Below are positions 37,421 through 46,900 of a stretch of 64,000 nt of DNA, in pieces (position 1 is the stretch's first letter; each line of letters starts with the position of its first letter). The notes under the pieces were generated by a model that was not told the DNA's origin, did not search any database, and worked only from the letters and a program-made list of their open reading frames with translations. The DNA is taken from NCBI GenBank assembly GCA_024398835.1, contig JAKSIK010000012.1, positions 4,540 to 68,539 on the forward strand, written 5' to 3'. Position numbers and translations under genes: made by a program. This stretch comes from Fibrobacter sp. Its GTDB lineage: Bacteria > Fibrobacterota > Fibrobacteria > Fibrobacterales > Fibrobacteraceae.

Positions 37421-38779
37421 ATGTTTTCACAATTGACTGACTCTCTAGAATCGACCCTCAAGAACCTGCGTGGGCAGGGCAAGCTGACTGAAGAAAATGT
37501 TGCGGAATCTCTCCGCGAGGTGCGCCGCGCCTTCCTGGAAGCCGACGTGAACTTCAATGTGACCCGCGACTTTGTAAAAGCAGTCAAGGAAAAGGCACTT
37601 GGGTCTGAAGTGCTCACCTCCGTGACGCCGGGCCAGCAGATTGTGAAAATCATTCATGACGAACTCGTGAACGTCATGGGTGGCGAAACCAAGGAAATCA
37701 ACCTCTCCGGTGCGGCTCCCGTCGGCATCATGATGGTGGGTCTCCAGGGTTCCGGTAAAACGACTTTTGCCGGCAAGATTGCCCTCTACATGAGGAGCAA
37801 AAAGAAGCGCAAACCGCTCCTCGTGGCAGCCGACGTTTACCGCCCGGCCGCCATCAAGCAGTTGCAGGTTTTGGGCAAGTCCATCGGCATTCCAGTTTAT
37901 GACGAAGGCCAGGGAAATCCGGTCGAAATCATCAAGCACGGCTATCAGTACGCGAAAGACAACGGTTTTGACCTGGTGATTTACGATACCGCAGGCCGCC
38001 TGCAAATTGACGAAGAATTGATGCAGGAACTGGAAAAGGCCCGCGACGCAGTGCATCCCGACGAAATCCTCTTCGTCGCCGACGCAATGATTGGTCAGGA
38101 AGCCGTGAACGTTGCAGAGACCTTCTGGCAACGTCTCTCCTTCACTGGCGTCTGCCTCTCCAAGATGGATGGCGACACCCGCGGCGGTGCTGCCCTCAGC
38201 ATCAAGAAGATGACGGGCGTACCTATATGCTTCATCGGCGTTGGCGAAAAACTACCGGACATCGACCTCTTCCATCCGGACCGCATGGCCAGCCGCATTC
38301 TCGGCATGGGCGACGTGGTCTCCCTCGTGGAAAAAGCACAGCAGGTCATCGACGAGAAAGACGCAAAGGACTTGAAGAAGAAAATCTTCAACAACACCTT
38401 TGATTTGAACGACTTTTTAAACCAGCTCCGCACCGTAAAGAAGATTGGACGATTCAAGGACATTTTGAGCCTCATCCCAGGCCTCAACAAGCTCCCCATT
38501 GACCAGATTGACGAAAAGGAACTGGTTTATGTGGAAGCGGTTCTCAGTTCCATGACCCCCAAGGAACGCAAAAAGCCGAGCATCATCGACGGCAGCCGCA
38601 AAGCCCGTATCGCCAAGGGTTCTGGCACCGAGATTGGCCGCGTGAACGCCGTGCTCAAGCAGTACGAGGGTATGAAGGAAATGTTCAAGAGAGTGGGCGA
38701 TTTTGCCAAAAAGCAAAACAATGGAGGCCAGATTGGCTCCAACTACACTCCCCCGAAAGTCAAGAAGAAACGCAAATAA
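37421..38779 (+). CDS. ffh: signal recognition particle protein
   Basis: GLQGSGKTT, DTAGR, KMDGDTRGGAALS, RILGMGD, SMTPKER. Confidence 0.98.
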   Translation: MFSQLTDSLESTLKNLRGQGKLTEENVAESLREVRRAFLEADVNFNVTRDFVKAVKEKALGSEVLTSVTPGQQIVKIIHDELVNVMGGETKEINLSGAAPVGIMMVGLQGSGKTTFAGKIALYMRSKKKRKPLLVAADVYRPAAIKQLQVLGKSIGIPVYDEGQGNPVEIIKHGYQYAKDNGFDLVIYDTAGRLQIDEELMQELEKARDAVHPDEILFVADAMIGQEAVNVAETFWQRLSFTGVCLSKMDGDTRGGAALSIKKMTGVPICFIGVGEKLPDIDLFHPDRMASRILGMGDVVSLVEKAQQVIDEKDAKDLKKKIFNNTFDLNDFLNQLRTVKKIGRFKDILSLIPGLNKLPIDQIDEKELVYVEAVLSSMTPKERKKPSIIDGSRKARIAKGSGTEIGRVNAVLKQYEGMKEMFKRVGDFAKKQNNGGQIGSNYTPPKVKKKRK

Positions 38780-38875
38780 GATATTTGCGTCTAAAAAAAC
38801 ATCTTTTTGAAAGAGCTTTCCTTCGCGGTAAGTTCTTTTTTTTACTTTATTCAAGTACGCAAAGGGTGGGTTCTT

Positions 38876-40723
38876 ATGAAAAAAACTCTATTTATGGCAA
38901 TAGCCGTTTCTCTCTGTCTTTGGGCTTGTGGCGATGAAAACTCCGATTCATGGGTTCTTCCCGACGAAGATTCCTCCAACAGCAATAGTGAAGGAGATTC
39001 CCCTGAAGAGGCCTCCACCTACGAATCGGAAGACGATATGCCTAGTTGCACCAACAGCCGAAAAGGAGAGCTCGCTCTTGTGGGCAAAGACTATTTCGTT
39101 TGTATCCCCAAAAAGTGGAAAAATATTGATGAAGTCGTCAAAAGTCTTTGCGACGTTCCATCTTGTGACGAAGACTCTGAGGATGCCACATATTACGTTT
39201 CTTCAGAAAAAAGGATTTACCAGTGCGTCGATGGCTCCTGGGAAGATTCCGAAGGTGAGGGCATTGACACCAAAACTCTTTTCAACTGTCTCTTGGAAGA
39301 GGTAATTCAAGATACTGTTGAAACAGAAGAAGATTTGCCGAGTTGTTCTACCAAGCGTAACGGGAAACTTATACAAGTGGGTGACGAGACTTTCACCTGC
39401 AACGAATCTCAGTGGTCCCCCCTAAATGATGTAGTTCTATCCACAGATGAACTTGCTGAATGTGACGATTCCAGGGAAGGCGACATTGTTTACATTGTCG
39501 AAAAAAAGATTTCATACACCTGTGACGGAGAAGTCTGGAGTAATGGCAACGACGTCATCGAAACCAAAACGACTGACAAGGAAGACGAAAACGGGGAGGA
39601 GTCTAGTTCCAGTGGTGTCGCTTCTAGTAGTTCTACCATTTCCCCCAGCAGTTCCTCTGCAAGAGTCAGCAGTAGTTCTGTAGCATCCAGCTCTAGCAAG
39701 GCACAAAGCAGTTCCTCCACAAAGGTCAGCAGCAGCTCTGTTGCATCCAGCTCCAGCAGGGCACAAAGCAGTTCCACTACAAAAATCAGCAGTAGTTCTG
39801 TAGCATCCAGCAGCAGCAAGGCACTGAGTAGTTCCTCCACAAAGGTCAGTAGCAGTTCTACGATTGCATCCAGTTCTAGCACTGCCGGTACAGGCAGTTC
39901 CACAAGCACCAGCGACATAGGCACATGCGCACCCGTAACTACAAGTTCAGTTCCAAGAGGATTATCGACTAAATGGGTATTCACGAGAAGCTCGGGACTT
40001 CCTCTTACAGAGTATGTCAACGCAAATTACCAGTGGACCTTTGAAGGCGGATCACCATCAACCGGTTTTTACGCATCAAATACCACAGACGATATCACTT
40101 ACAATATCGGTGGTACATTTAGTGCAACAGTTTCGGTTAACGGGCGATCTCCTATCACCTGTTCTCCCGTCACTATTGAAGGTGCTGACATTTCATGCTC
40201 CTGTACTCCTAGAAACGCCCTTGTAGACATTAACGGTAGCCACACTGCCGCTTGGGACTTGAGCTGTTCCTCTATAGCAGAAATCACAGATGTGACTTGG
40301 AATGGAGCAACATCTGTAGGAAGCGCATACTATGCTGAAAAACAAGTTTCTGCAATTGGAAAAGTCTCTGGCCCCACAGTGTCGGTGTCAAATGAAGAGG
40401 GAAGAACGAAATCCTTTACATGCGGAAACGTTACCGCAGTAGATAGTACCAACAACACTTTTGAAATTACTGGAGAGAAAATGACATTGTTCGAGGGCAC
40501 ACACTCTCTACGCTATGGATGTAACCATGTTGGTGGTGCCCTAGCCATTTACGGCAATGGAACAAGTTCTATCACCTGGGCTACAGACTATGGTTCCGGA
40601 ACATTTAGTGTAAACTATTATAGTGAAATTAGAACATCAACATTGTTCCCCACAGGCGATATTTATGGTGAAGAGATTGCAGTCAACATAAGTGGTGGAA
40701 GCGTGCAGATAAGTTGTTACTAG
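38876..40723 (+). CDS. lipoprotein with Cys-repeat modules, Ser-rich linker and PKD-like C-terminal domains
   Basis: lipobox LWAC-GD; four LPxC...G...Y/FxC...W repeats; YQWTFEGGSP PKD-like motif; start moved to ATG 38876. Confidence 0.78.
   Translation: MKKTLFMAIAVSLCLWACGDENSDSWVLPDEDSSNSNSEGDSPEEASTYESEDDMPSCTNSRKGELALVGKDYFVCIPKKWKNIDEVVKSLCDVPSCDEDSEDATYYVSSEKRIYQCVDGSWEDSEGEGIDTKTLFNCLLEEVIQDTVETEEDLPSCSTKRNGKLIQVGDETFTCNESQWSPLNDVVLSTDELAECDDSREGDIVYIVEKKISYTCDGEVWSNGNDVIETKTTDKEDENGEESSSSGVASSSSTISPSSSSARVSSSSVASSSSKAQSSSSTKVSSSSVASSSSRAQSSSTTKISSSSVASSSSKALSSSSTKVSSSSTIASSSSTAGTGSSTSTSDIGTCAPVTTSSVPRGLSTKWVFTRSSGLPLTEYVNANYQWTFEGGSPSTGFYASNTTDDITYNIGGTFSATVSVNGRSPITCSPVTIEGADISCSCTPRNALVDINGSHTAAWDLSCSSIAEITDVTWNGATSVGSAYYAEKQVSAIGKVSGPTVSVSNEEGRTKSFTCGNVTAVDSTNNTFEITGEKMTLFEGTHSLRYGCNHVGGALAIYGNGTSSITWATDYGSGTFSVNYYSEIRTSTLFPTGDIYGEEIAVNISGGSVQISCY
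39649..39880 (+). repeat. intragenic 60-bp tandem repeat (about 4 units) encoding the Ser-rich linker
   Basis: units beginning AAGAGTCAGC/AAAGGTCAGC/AAAAATCAGC/AAAGGTCAGT at 39661, 39721, 39781, 39841. Confidence 0.9.
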
Positions 40724-41674
40724 TTATTCGGCACGCCCCATAATAGCTAGCCGTTCTTTTAGTGCTTCATCTTCGTAGCCTGCTACAAGGGTGACCATGG
40801 GAACAAGGTCACCCTTTGTGTAGTAGGCCTCAAATGCTGCGTAGTAACGTCGCCTGTCGGTAAACTTGATATTGATGGGTAAATACCCCAACCGCATCAA
40901 AGCAAAATTCAAAAGCAGTCTCCCAGTACGGCCATTGCCATCAACAAAAGGATGGACTCCCTCAAAATCAAGGTGGAACTTGGCTATACGCTCCAACGGG
41001 TGCACATGATTTTTATTTGCGTTGAACTCCGCAACCAGTTGCTCCATCTTGGGCTCAATTAGGTATGGTTGCGGAGGTATATGACTCGCCCCAGAAATCA
41101 TCACCGGAATGCGGCGGTAAACGCCCTTGTCTTGTGGCCGATCCATAAGAACAAGGGAATGCAATTCCCGAATGACCCGCTCTGTAAGGGGGGCGTCATC
41201 AGACACGAGAGAGAGCATGTATTGGAACGCATCCCTATGGCCAACAGCCTCCAAGTGGTCGTTCAGTGGTTTCTGGTCAATGGTTACGCCCTCCAGCACC
41301 AAGCGGGTTTCACTGAGAGTAAGAGTATTGCCTTCGATGGCGTTGGAGTTGTAGGTGTAGTTGATGGTAAAATCATCTCGAAGACGAGCTAATTCGCCCG
41401 CTGTCAATGGACGGCGGCGGTCTAGTTCCCTTTTTTCGGAATCCACCCGAAGAAAAAGTTCCCGGAAGTCCTCGCAGATATTAAGCCAACGAGTTTCACG
41501 ACCATCCAGAGGTTTGATGGCGCCCTTGGGAATTTTGTAGCTGCGGCCCTGCTTGATGGCGCCCTCTATTTTACCCTGTTCGCACAAATAACGAATACGG
41601 CGCTCACTCAAGTTCCAAAGAGACGCCACCTCGCCTACCGCCATGTAAAGAGCCTGATTTTTCAAATTCGCCAT
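40724..41674 (-). CDS. Fic-domain protein with N-terminal HTH
   Basis: HPFVDGNGRTGR Fic motif; SNAIEGN inhibitory motif; VASLWNLSERRIRYLC excisionase-like HTH; start at MANLK. Confidence 0.92.
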   Translation of the reverse strand: MANLKNQALYMAVGEVASLWNLSERRIRYLCEQGKIEGAIKQGRSYKIPKGAIKPLDGRETRWLNICEDFRELFLRVDSEKRELDRRRPLTAGELARLRDDFTINYTYNSNAIEGNTLTLSETRLVLEGVTIDQKPLNDHLEAVGHRDAFQYMLSLVSDDAPLTERVIRELHSLVLMDRPQDKGVYRRIPVMISGASHIPPQPYLIEPKMEQLVAEFNANKNHVHPLERIAKFHLDFEGVHPFVDGNGRTGRLLLNFALMRLGYLPINIKFTDRRRYYAAFEAYYTKGDLVPMVTLVAGYEDEALKERLAIMGRAE

Positions 41675-41851
41675 AATTTCACCTTGGTTTGCTTTATTGC
41701 GGAACAATTACTATATATTTTTCAGTTATAAATGTAGATAATATTCCTGTAAATTTCAATAAATCCGAGCATATTGTACCAAAAAACTTTAAAAAAGCAC
41801 GTCATTCTTTTCTATTTTTTACGCAAAATTTTATAAACCAAAGGAAAAACA

Positions 41852-43351
41852 ATGGCAACTATCGATTTGTCCGCCAACACCCTCGAGGTCGCACTCAAAA
41901 AGCCTCGCGCAAAATTCACCAAGGATGACATCAAGAACTACATCCGCAAGAACGACATCCGCCACGTGAACTTCATGTACGCTGGTGGCGACGGCCGCTT
42001 GAAGACTTTGAACTTCGTCGTGAACAACGCCGACTACCTGGATGAAATCCTCAGCTGCGGCGAACGCGTTGATGGTTCCAGCCTCTTCAGCTACATCGAA
42101 GCCTCCTCTTCCGACCTCTATGTTGTGCCCCGTTTTTCCTCGGCCTTCATGGACCCGTTTGCAACTCTTCCCACCCTCTGCCTCCTCTGTAGCTTCTTCA
42201 ACAAGGACGGCCAGCCGCTGGAATCCTCTCCGGAATACACCCTCCACAAAGCTTGCCAGGCCTTCAAGAAGGAAACTGGCCTTGAATTCCAAGCCATGGG
42301 TGAATTGGAATACTACGTCATCGCTGACGATCCGAAGACCTTCCCTGCTGTAGACCAGAAGGGTTACCACGAATCTGCTCCGTTTGCAAAGTTCAACGAA
42401 TTCCGCCAAAAATGCATGCTCTACATCGCACAGGCAGGCGGCCAGATCAAGTATGGCCATAGCGAGGTGGGTAACTTCACTGAAGACGGCAAACTCTACG
42501 AACAGAACGAAATCGAATTCCTCCCCTGTCCGGCAGAAGATGCAGCCAACCAGCTCACCATCGCCAAGTGGGTCATCCGCAACTTGGGCTCCCAGTTGGG
42601 TCTGGACGTGACGTTTGCTCCGAAGATTACCGTGGGCAAGGCTGGCAGCGGTCTCCACATCCACATGCGCCTCATGAAGGACGGCAACAACCAGATGCTG
42701 GAAAACGGTGTCATCAGTTCTACTGCTCGCCGCGCCATTGCAGGCATGATGCAGCTCGCTCCGTCCATCACCGCTTTCGGCAACATGAACCCCACTTCTT
42801 ACCTGCGTCTCGTGCCGCATCAGGAAGCTCCCACCAATGTTTGCTGGGGCGACCGCAACCGCTCCGTGCTCGTGCGCGTACCTCTCGGCTGGGCTTCCAA
42901 GGCTGACCTCTGCAAGATGGCGAACCCCGAAGAAAAGGGCACCAGCTACGACACGCACCAGAAGCAGACTGTGGAAATGCGTTCTCCGGACGCTTCCGCC
43001 AACGTGTACCTCCTGATGGCGGGCCTCTGCGTGGCTTGCCGCCATGGCTTAAGCCTCAAGGACGGTCTCAAGATTGCTGAAAAGACCTACGTGAACGTGA
43101 ACATCCACAAGAAGGAAAATGCCAAGCTCCTCAAGACCCTCAGCACCCTTCCGGATAGTTGCTGGGCCAGCGCCGATTGCCTCGCCAAGCAGCGCAAGAT
43201 CTACGAAGAATTCGGTGTGTTCAGCCCCGCCATGATCGATGGCATCATCGCTCAGCTGAAGGCCTTCAAGGACAAGACGCTCCGCGCCCAGGTCACGAAG
43301 TCCAAGACCGCCATGCAGAAGCTGGTGAAGACCTACTTCTACTGCGGCTAA
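41852..43351 (+). CDS. glnA: glutamine synthetase (type I-like)
   Basis: DGSS, GELEYY, HSEVG, GSGLHIH, SYLRLVPHQEAP, NRSVLVRVP, EMRSPD. Confidence 0.93.
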   Translation: MATIDLSANTLEVALKKPRAKFTKDDIKNYIRKNDIRHVNFMYAGGDGRLKTLNFVVNNADYLDEILSCGERVDGSSLFSYIEASSSDLYVVPRFSSAFMDPFATLPTLCLLCSFFNKDGQPLESSPEYTLHKACQAFKKETGLEFQAMGELEYYVIADDPKTFPAVDQKGYHESAPFAKFNEFRQKCMLYIAQAGGQIKYGHSEVGNFTEDGKLYEQNEIEFLPCPAEDAANQLTIAKWVIRNLGSQLGLDVTFAPKITVGKAGSGLHIHMRLMKDGNNQMLENGVISSTARRAIAGMMQLAPSITAFGNMNPTSYLRLVPHQEAPTNVCWGDRNRSVLVRVPLGWASKADLCKMANPEEKGTSYDTHQKQTVEMRSPDASANVYLLMAGLCVACRHGLSLKDGLKIAEKTYVNVNIHKKENAKLLKTLSTLPDSCWASADCLAKQRKIYEEFGVFSPAMIDGIIAQLKAFKDKTLRAQVTKSKTAMQKLVKTYFYCG

Positions 43352-43373
43352 TTCTTATTAGTCTTCATTGACA

Positions 43374-43407
43374 AAAGCACTTCAGGATTTTCCTGAAGTG
43401 TTTTTTT
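43374..43407 (+). terminator. intrinsic terminator after glnA
   Basis: AAGCACTTCAGGA-TTT-TCCTGAAGTGTT followed by a T run. Confidence 0.82.
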
Positions 43408-43419
43408 ATTTTGTGTTAT

Positions 43420-44430
43420 ATGGAACGGATTTCTTGGATAGACTACGCCAAAGCCATTGGCATCTATTTTGTGGTTTTAGGCCATCTAAGCCTACCCCAA
43501 ATAGGGTCCGACTTCATCTATTCCTTCCACATGCCTTTGTTCTTTCTACTCGCGGGCATCACCTTCAAAACTTCTTACGACACAATCACATTCTTACGGA
43601 AAAAATTTCACGCTCTCATAGTCCCCTATTTTTGTTTTTCCCTAATCTTATTTACTTACTGGTTCTTGGCGGGGCGACACTACGGAGCCGATGTCGCAAG
43701 CGGGACATCAACTACGGTTTTACAAGCAATCCAGCATATATTTTACGGAATCAGTAATGACATTTATCCTTCGCCTCTTTGGTTCCTAACCTGCCTTTTT
43801 GTTTGCGAAATTCTCTTTTACTTTATTCTAAAACAAAAGTCAGTTATTTTGATTATAAGTGAAATTGGCATTTTACTTACAGCTGGACTCACACTTCAAA
43901 TTTTAGGAACCGAATGCTGCCCTCGGCTTATTTGGAACATGGATTTGGCCTGCTATTATTTGCCTTTTGTAGCCCTTGGCTATGTTCTCCAGAAAAAAGA
44001 TTTTTTCCAATTCATTTTTAAGACAAAATGGAGCCACGGGTTCTCATTCCTGATATGCGCACTCATCTTCCTCGGCTCTTTTTACGCAAGTTGCGTTTAC
44101 CAGGTTGCTCCATTCAAAAACATCATTGACATCGCTCCCGCAATCACGGGATCACTTGTAGTGATTCAAATTGCGAAACTCATCCCAAGCAACAAACTGC
44201 TTTCCTTCTGGGGCAAGAACACCCTCACCCTATTTGGCCTGCACACCATCGCCCTTGGATTCATCAAGGCCTTTATTGTGTTTGTTTTACACTACGATTT
44301 GAGCATTATAAGCAATTGCGTCGCTATCAACGCAGGCATAAGCCTTATTGCACTTTTCCTGCTGATGCCCGTTGCATTCCTCTTTAGGCGATTCGCCCCC
44401 TGGGCTATCGGGCAAAAAACATCACTTTAG
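43420..44430 (+). CDS. acyltransferase family 3 (NolL-like)
   Basis: RISWIDYAKAIGI..VVLGH, YSFHMPLFF, LWFLTCLF, GKNTL. Confidence 0.9.
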   Translation: MERISWIDYAKAIGIYFVVLGHLSLPQIGSDFIYSFHMPLFFLLAGITFKTSYDTITFLRKKFHALIVPYFCFSLILFTYWFLAGRHYGADVASGTSTTVLQAIQHIFYGISNDIYPSPLWFLTCLFVCEILFYFILKQKSVILIISEIGILLTAGLTLQILGTECCPRLIWNMDLACYYLPFVALGYVLQKKDFFQFIFKTKWSHGFSFLICALIFLGSFYASCVYQVAPFKNIIDIAPAITGSLVVIQIAKLIPSNKLLSFWGKNTLTLFGLHTIALGFIKAFIVFVLHYDLSIISNCVAINAGISLIALFLLMPVAFLFRRFAPWAIGQKTSL

Positions 44431-44449
44431 CCGGCGGTAAACGGCCGCG

Positions 44450-45382
44450 CTATTTTAGCCGGCGGTAAACTGCCGCAAGCAGGGCGCCCGAGATATTATG
44501 CCACACGCTGAAGATGGCGCCCGGCACTGTAGCCATGGCGAGATTCGGGAAGGCCGTGCCCGCTAAAGATGTGGCAAGGCCGGAATTCTGCATTCCGATT
44601 TCCACAGAAAGTGCCTTCTTCTTTGCCACCGGGAACTTGAGCAAGTGAGCAAGCCCGAAACCGCAGGCGTACCCGCAGAGGTTGTGAAGAATCACCACCA
44701 CAAAAACAATGATGCCAGTGGCTAGAATCTTAGCGGCATTATGGCTCACCACGGTCGTCACAATGAGGCAGATGGCAATGACCGAGAACATGGGAAGAAT
44801 TTTTGTAAACTTCTGCACGAACTTTCCGCAGAACTTGTTGATGAGGATTCCTGCGGCAATGGGCACGATGACCACCTGCACGATGGAGAGGAACATGGAG
44901 AGCACATTCACAGAGACGGTAGTGCGAAGCAGCAGGTAAGTAATGGCCGGAGTGAGAAGCGGTGCGAGGAATGTATTCACCGCAGTCATGCCTACGGAAA
45001 GCGGAACATCGCCATCGGAGAGGTAGGTAATCACATTGCTGGAAGTTCCCCCCGGGCATGTTCCCACCAGAATCACGCCTACCAGAAGTGCAGTTTCAAG
45101 GCCAAAAATCTTCCCGAGGGCAAAGGCCAGCAACGGCATAATGGTAAACTGCGCGACGCAACCGATGAAAATGTCCCGCGGGCGGGTGAAGACCACCACA
45201 AAATCAGAAAATTTCAGCGTGAGACCCATGCAGAACATGGCCACCGCCAGAAAGTATGTAACGCAAGAAGTAGCAATCCAGTTGCAACTTGCAGGCACAA
45301 AAAGCGCAAGAATCGTCAGTGCCAGCACAATGAGGGCCATAAACCGCCCGAAGAACCCGCTAATCGCTTCCAAAAACTTCAT
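44450..45382 (-). CDS. bile acid:sodium symporter family protein (PanS-like)
   Basis: MFCMGLTL, AQFTIMP, CPGGTSSN, EIGMQNSGLA, FSVWHNISG. Confidence 0.93.
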   Translation of the reverse strand: MKFLEAISGFFGRFMALIVLALTILALFVPASCNWIATSCVTYFLAVAMFCMGLTLKFSDFVVVFTRPRDIFIGCVAQFTIMPLLAFALGKIFGLETALLVGVILVGTCPGGTSSNVITYLSDGDVPLSVGMTAVNTFLAPLLTPAITYLLLRTTVSVNVLSMFLSIVQVVIVPIAAGILINKFCGKFVQKFTKILPMFSVIAICLIVTTVVSHNAAKILATGIIVFVVVILHNLCGYACGFGLAHLLKFPVAKKKALSVEIGMQNSGLATSLAGTAFPNLAMATVPGAIFSVWHNISGALLAAVYRRLK

Positions 45383-45775
45383 GCCTTAAATTTAGCTTCT
45401 GGGAGCTTCAAAATGGCAAAAAGGCGGGGGTTTATGCTACAAAAGGAAAAAAATCCCGCTAAAATTTCAGATTTTCGGCAAAAAGACGGCATTTTTGATT
45501 GACGAAGTGCGTTTCGAAGTACTTTTTTCCGAAAAACAGCCCTATTTTAGGATTTTCGGTAAATTTATTGCGCAAAATTCAAGAAAAAAGCAGGGATTTC
45601 TGTCAAAAGTGCTCCAGAATCCCGCTATTTCGCCCAATTTTGCAAATTTTCATTTAATTTGTCTGCAAACAACGGAAAAATTTACAATTCCGTCCTTTAC
45701 ACACAAACTTTTTGTTGTTATATTTGGCCCCAAATAACAAACCACCCCTTTTTAGGGTTACCAATAGAGGTTAAA

Positions 45776-46219
45776 ATGTCTACAGTTATCCGTCTCGCTC
45801 GTTTTGGCAAGCGTCACAACCCCATCTACCGCGCCGTGGTTATCGACAACCGTAAGGCTCGCGACGATAGCTTTATCGAACAGGTGGGTTTCTACAACCC
45901 CAACCTGAAGAAGGCTGAAATCCGTTTCGATCAGGAAAAGATTCTGAAGTGGCTCTCTGTGGGCGCTCAGCCGTCCGACACTGTCCGCAACCTCCTCAAG
46001 AAGGTTGGCATCATGGATTTGTTCCACGAACAGCGCGCTGGCCGTTCCATCGAAGGCAAGACCGCTACTCCTCGTGCTGACAAGGAAAAGAAGGCAAAGC
46101 TCGGCCCCAAGGCTCTCGCCAAGATCGAAGCTGAAAAGGCCGCCAAGGAAGCCGCTGCCGCTGAAGCTGCTGCCGCCGCCGAAGCACCTGCTGCTGAAGC
46201 TCCTGCTGCCGAAGCCTAA
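45776..46219 (+). CDS. rpsP: 30S ribosomal protein S16 with Ala/Glu-rich C-terminal extension
   Basis: IRLARFGKRHNPIYR, GFYNP, GAQPSDTV; GAGG RBS before ATG 45776. Confidence 0.96.
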   Translation: MSTVIRLARFGKRHNPIYRAVVIDNRKARDDSFIEQVGFYNPNLKKAEIRFDQEKILKWLSVGAQPSDTVRNLLKKVGIMDLFHEQRAGRSIEGKTATPRADKEKKAKLGPKALAKIEAEKAAKEAAAAEAAAAAEAPAAEAPAAEA

Positions 46220-46235
46220 TTCTAAGGAATTGAAG

Positions 46236-46279
46236 AAAGTCTCGCGTTTTTGGATTTACTCCGCGCGGGACTTTTTTTA
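46236..46279 (+). terminator. terminator/attenuator between rpsP and rimM
   Basis: AAAGTCTCGCG...CGCGGGACTTTTTTT hairpin. Confidence 0.65.
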
Positions 46280-46306
46280 TCCCCACTCCCACACCCTCAC
46301 ACTTAA

Positions 46307-46900
46307 ATGCCGAACGCTCAAGAATACATCACCGTCTGCGAACTCATGCGCGCCCATGGGGTTAAAGGCTATATCAAAGCCATGCCCTGCACCCATGACC
46401 TGGAGCGGCACAGCCTGTTGAAGGAGGTGCTGGTGCGGAAGGTGAACGGCGAGGAACTCAGCCTCACGCTGGAAGATTCCAAGCTGGCAGGGAACCTTTG
46501 GCACCTGAAGTTCAAGGGCTTCGACACGCCGGAGGCTGTGGCGGTTTTGGTGAACGGCGAGGTTCTGATTCCTGAAACGGAGCGGCTACCGGCACCCGAA
46601 GGGCAGTTCTACCCCGACGAGTTGGAGGGTTTCCGGGTCCAAACAGAAGACGGCCGGGATGTTGGAGAGGTGCTGGAAGTAGTGGAACTCCCTACGGTGA
46701 ACGCCTTCAATATCAAGTTTGAAGCTGCGGCGCAGGACGAATTCAGCAAGAAGACCATTCTCGCCCCATGGATTAAGGACTGCGTCAAGACAGTGGATGC
46801 CAACGGCAAGCGAATCGTCTGCGACGGGGATTACCTGCGGGCGCTTTGTCCTGAGGACCACAGCAGCGAAGCTCGAAAGGAGATGGACGATGAAGATTGA
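46307..46900 (+). CDS. rimM: ribosome maturation factor RimM
   Basis: AHGVKG, FYPDELEGFRV motifs; position in the rpsP-rimM-trmD-rplS operon. Confidence 0.92.
   Translation: MPNAQEYITVCELMRAHGVKGYIKAMPCTHDLERHSLLKEVLVRKVNGEELSLTLEDSKLAGNLWHLKFKGFDTPEAVAVLVNGEVLIPETERLPAPEGQFYPDELEGFRVQTEDGRDVGEVLEVVELPTVNAFNIKFEAAAQDEFSKKTILAPWIKDCVKTVDANGKRIVCDGDYLRALCPEDHSSEARKEMDDED

Noticed and set aside
45390..45720. Replication origin
   Set aside because: No clear cluster of TTATCCACA-like boxes, and no dnaA/dnaN nearby.
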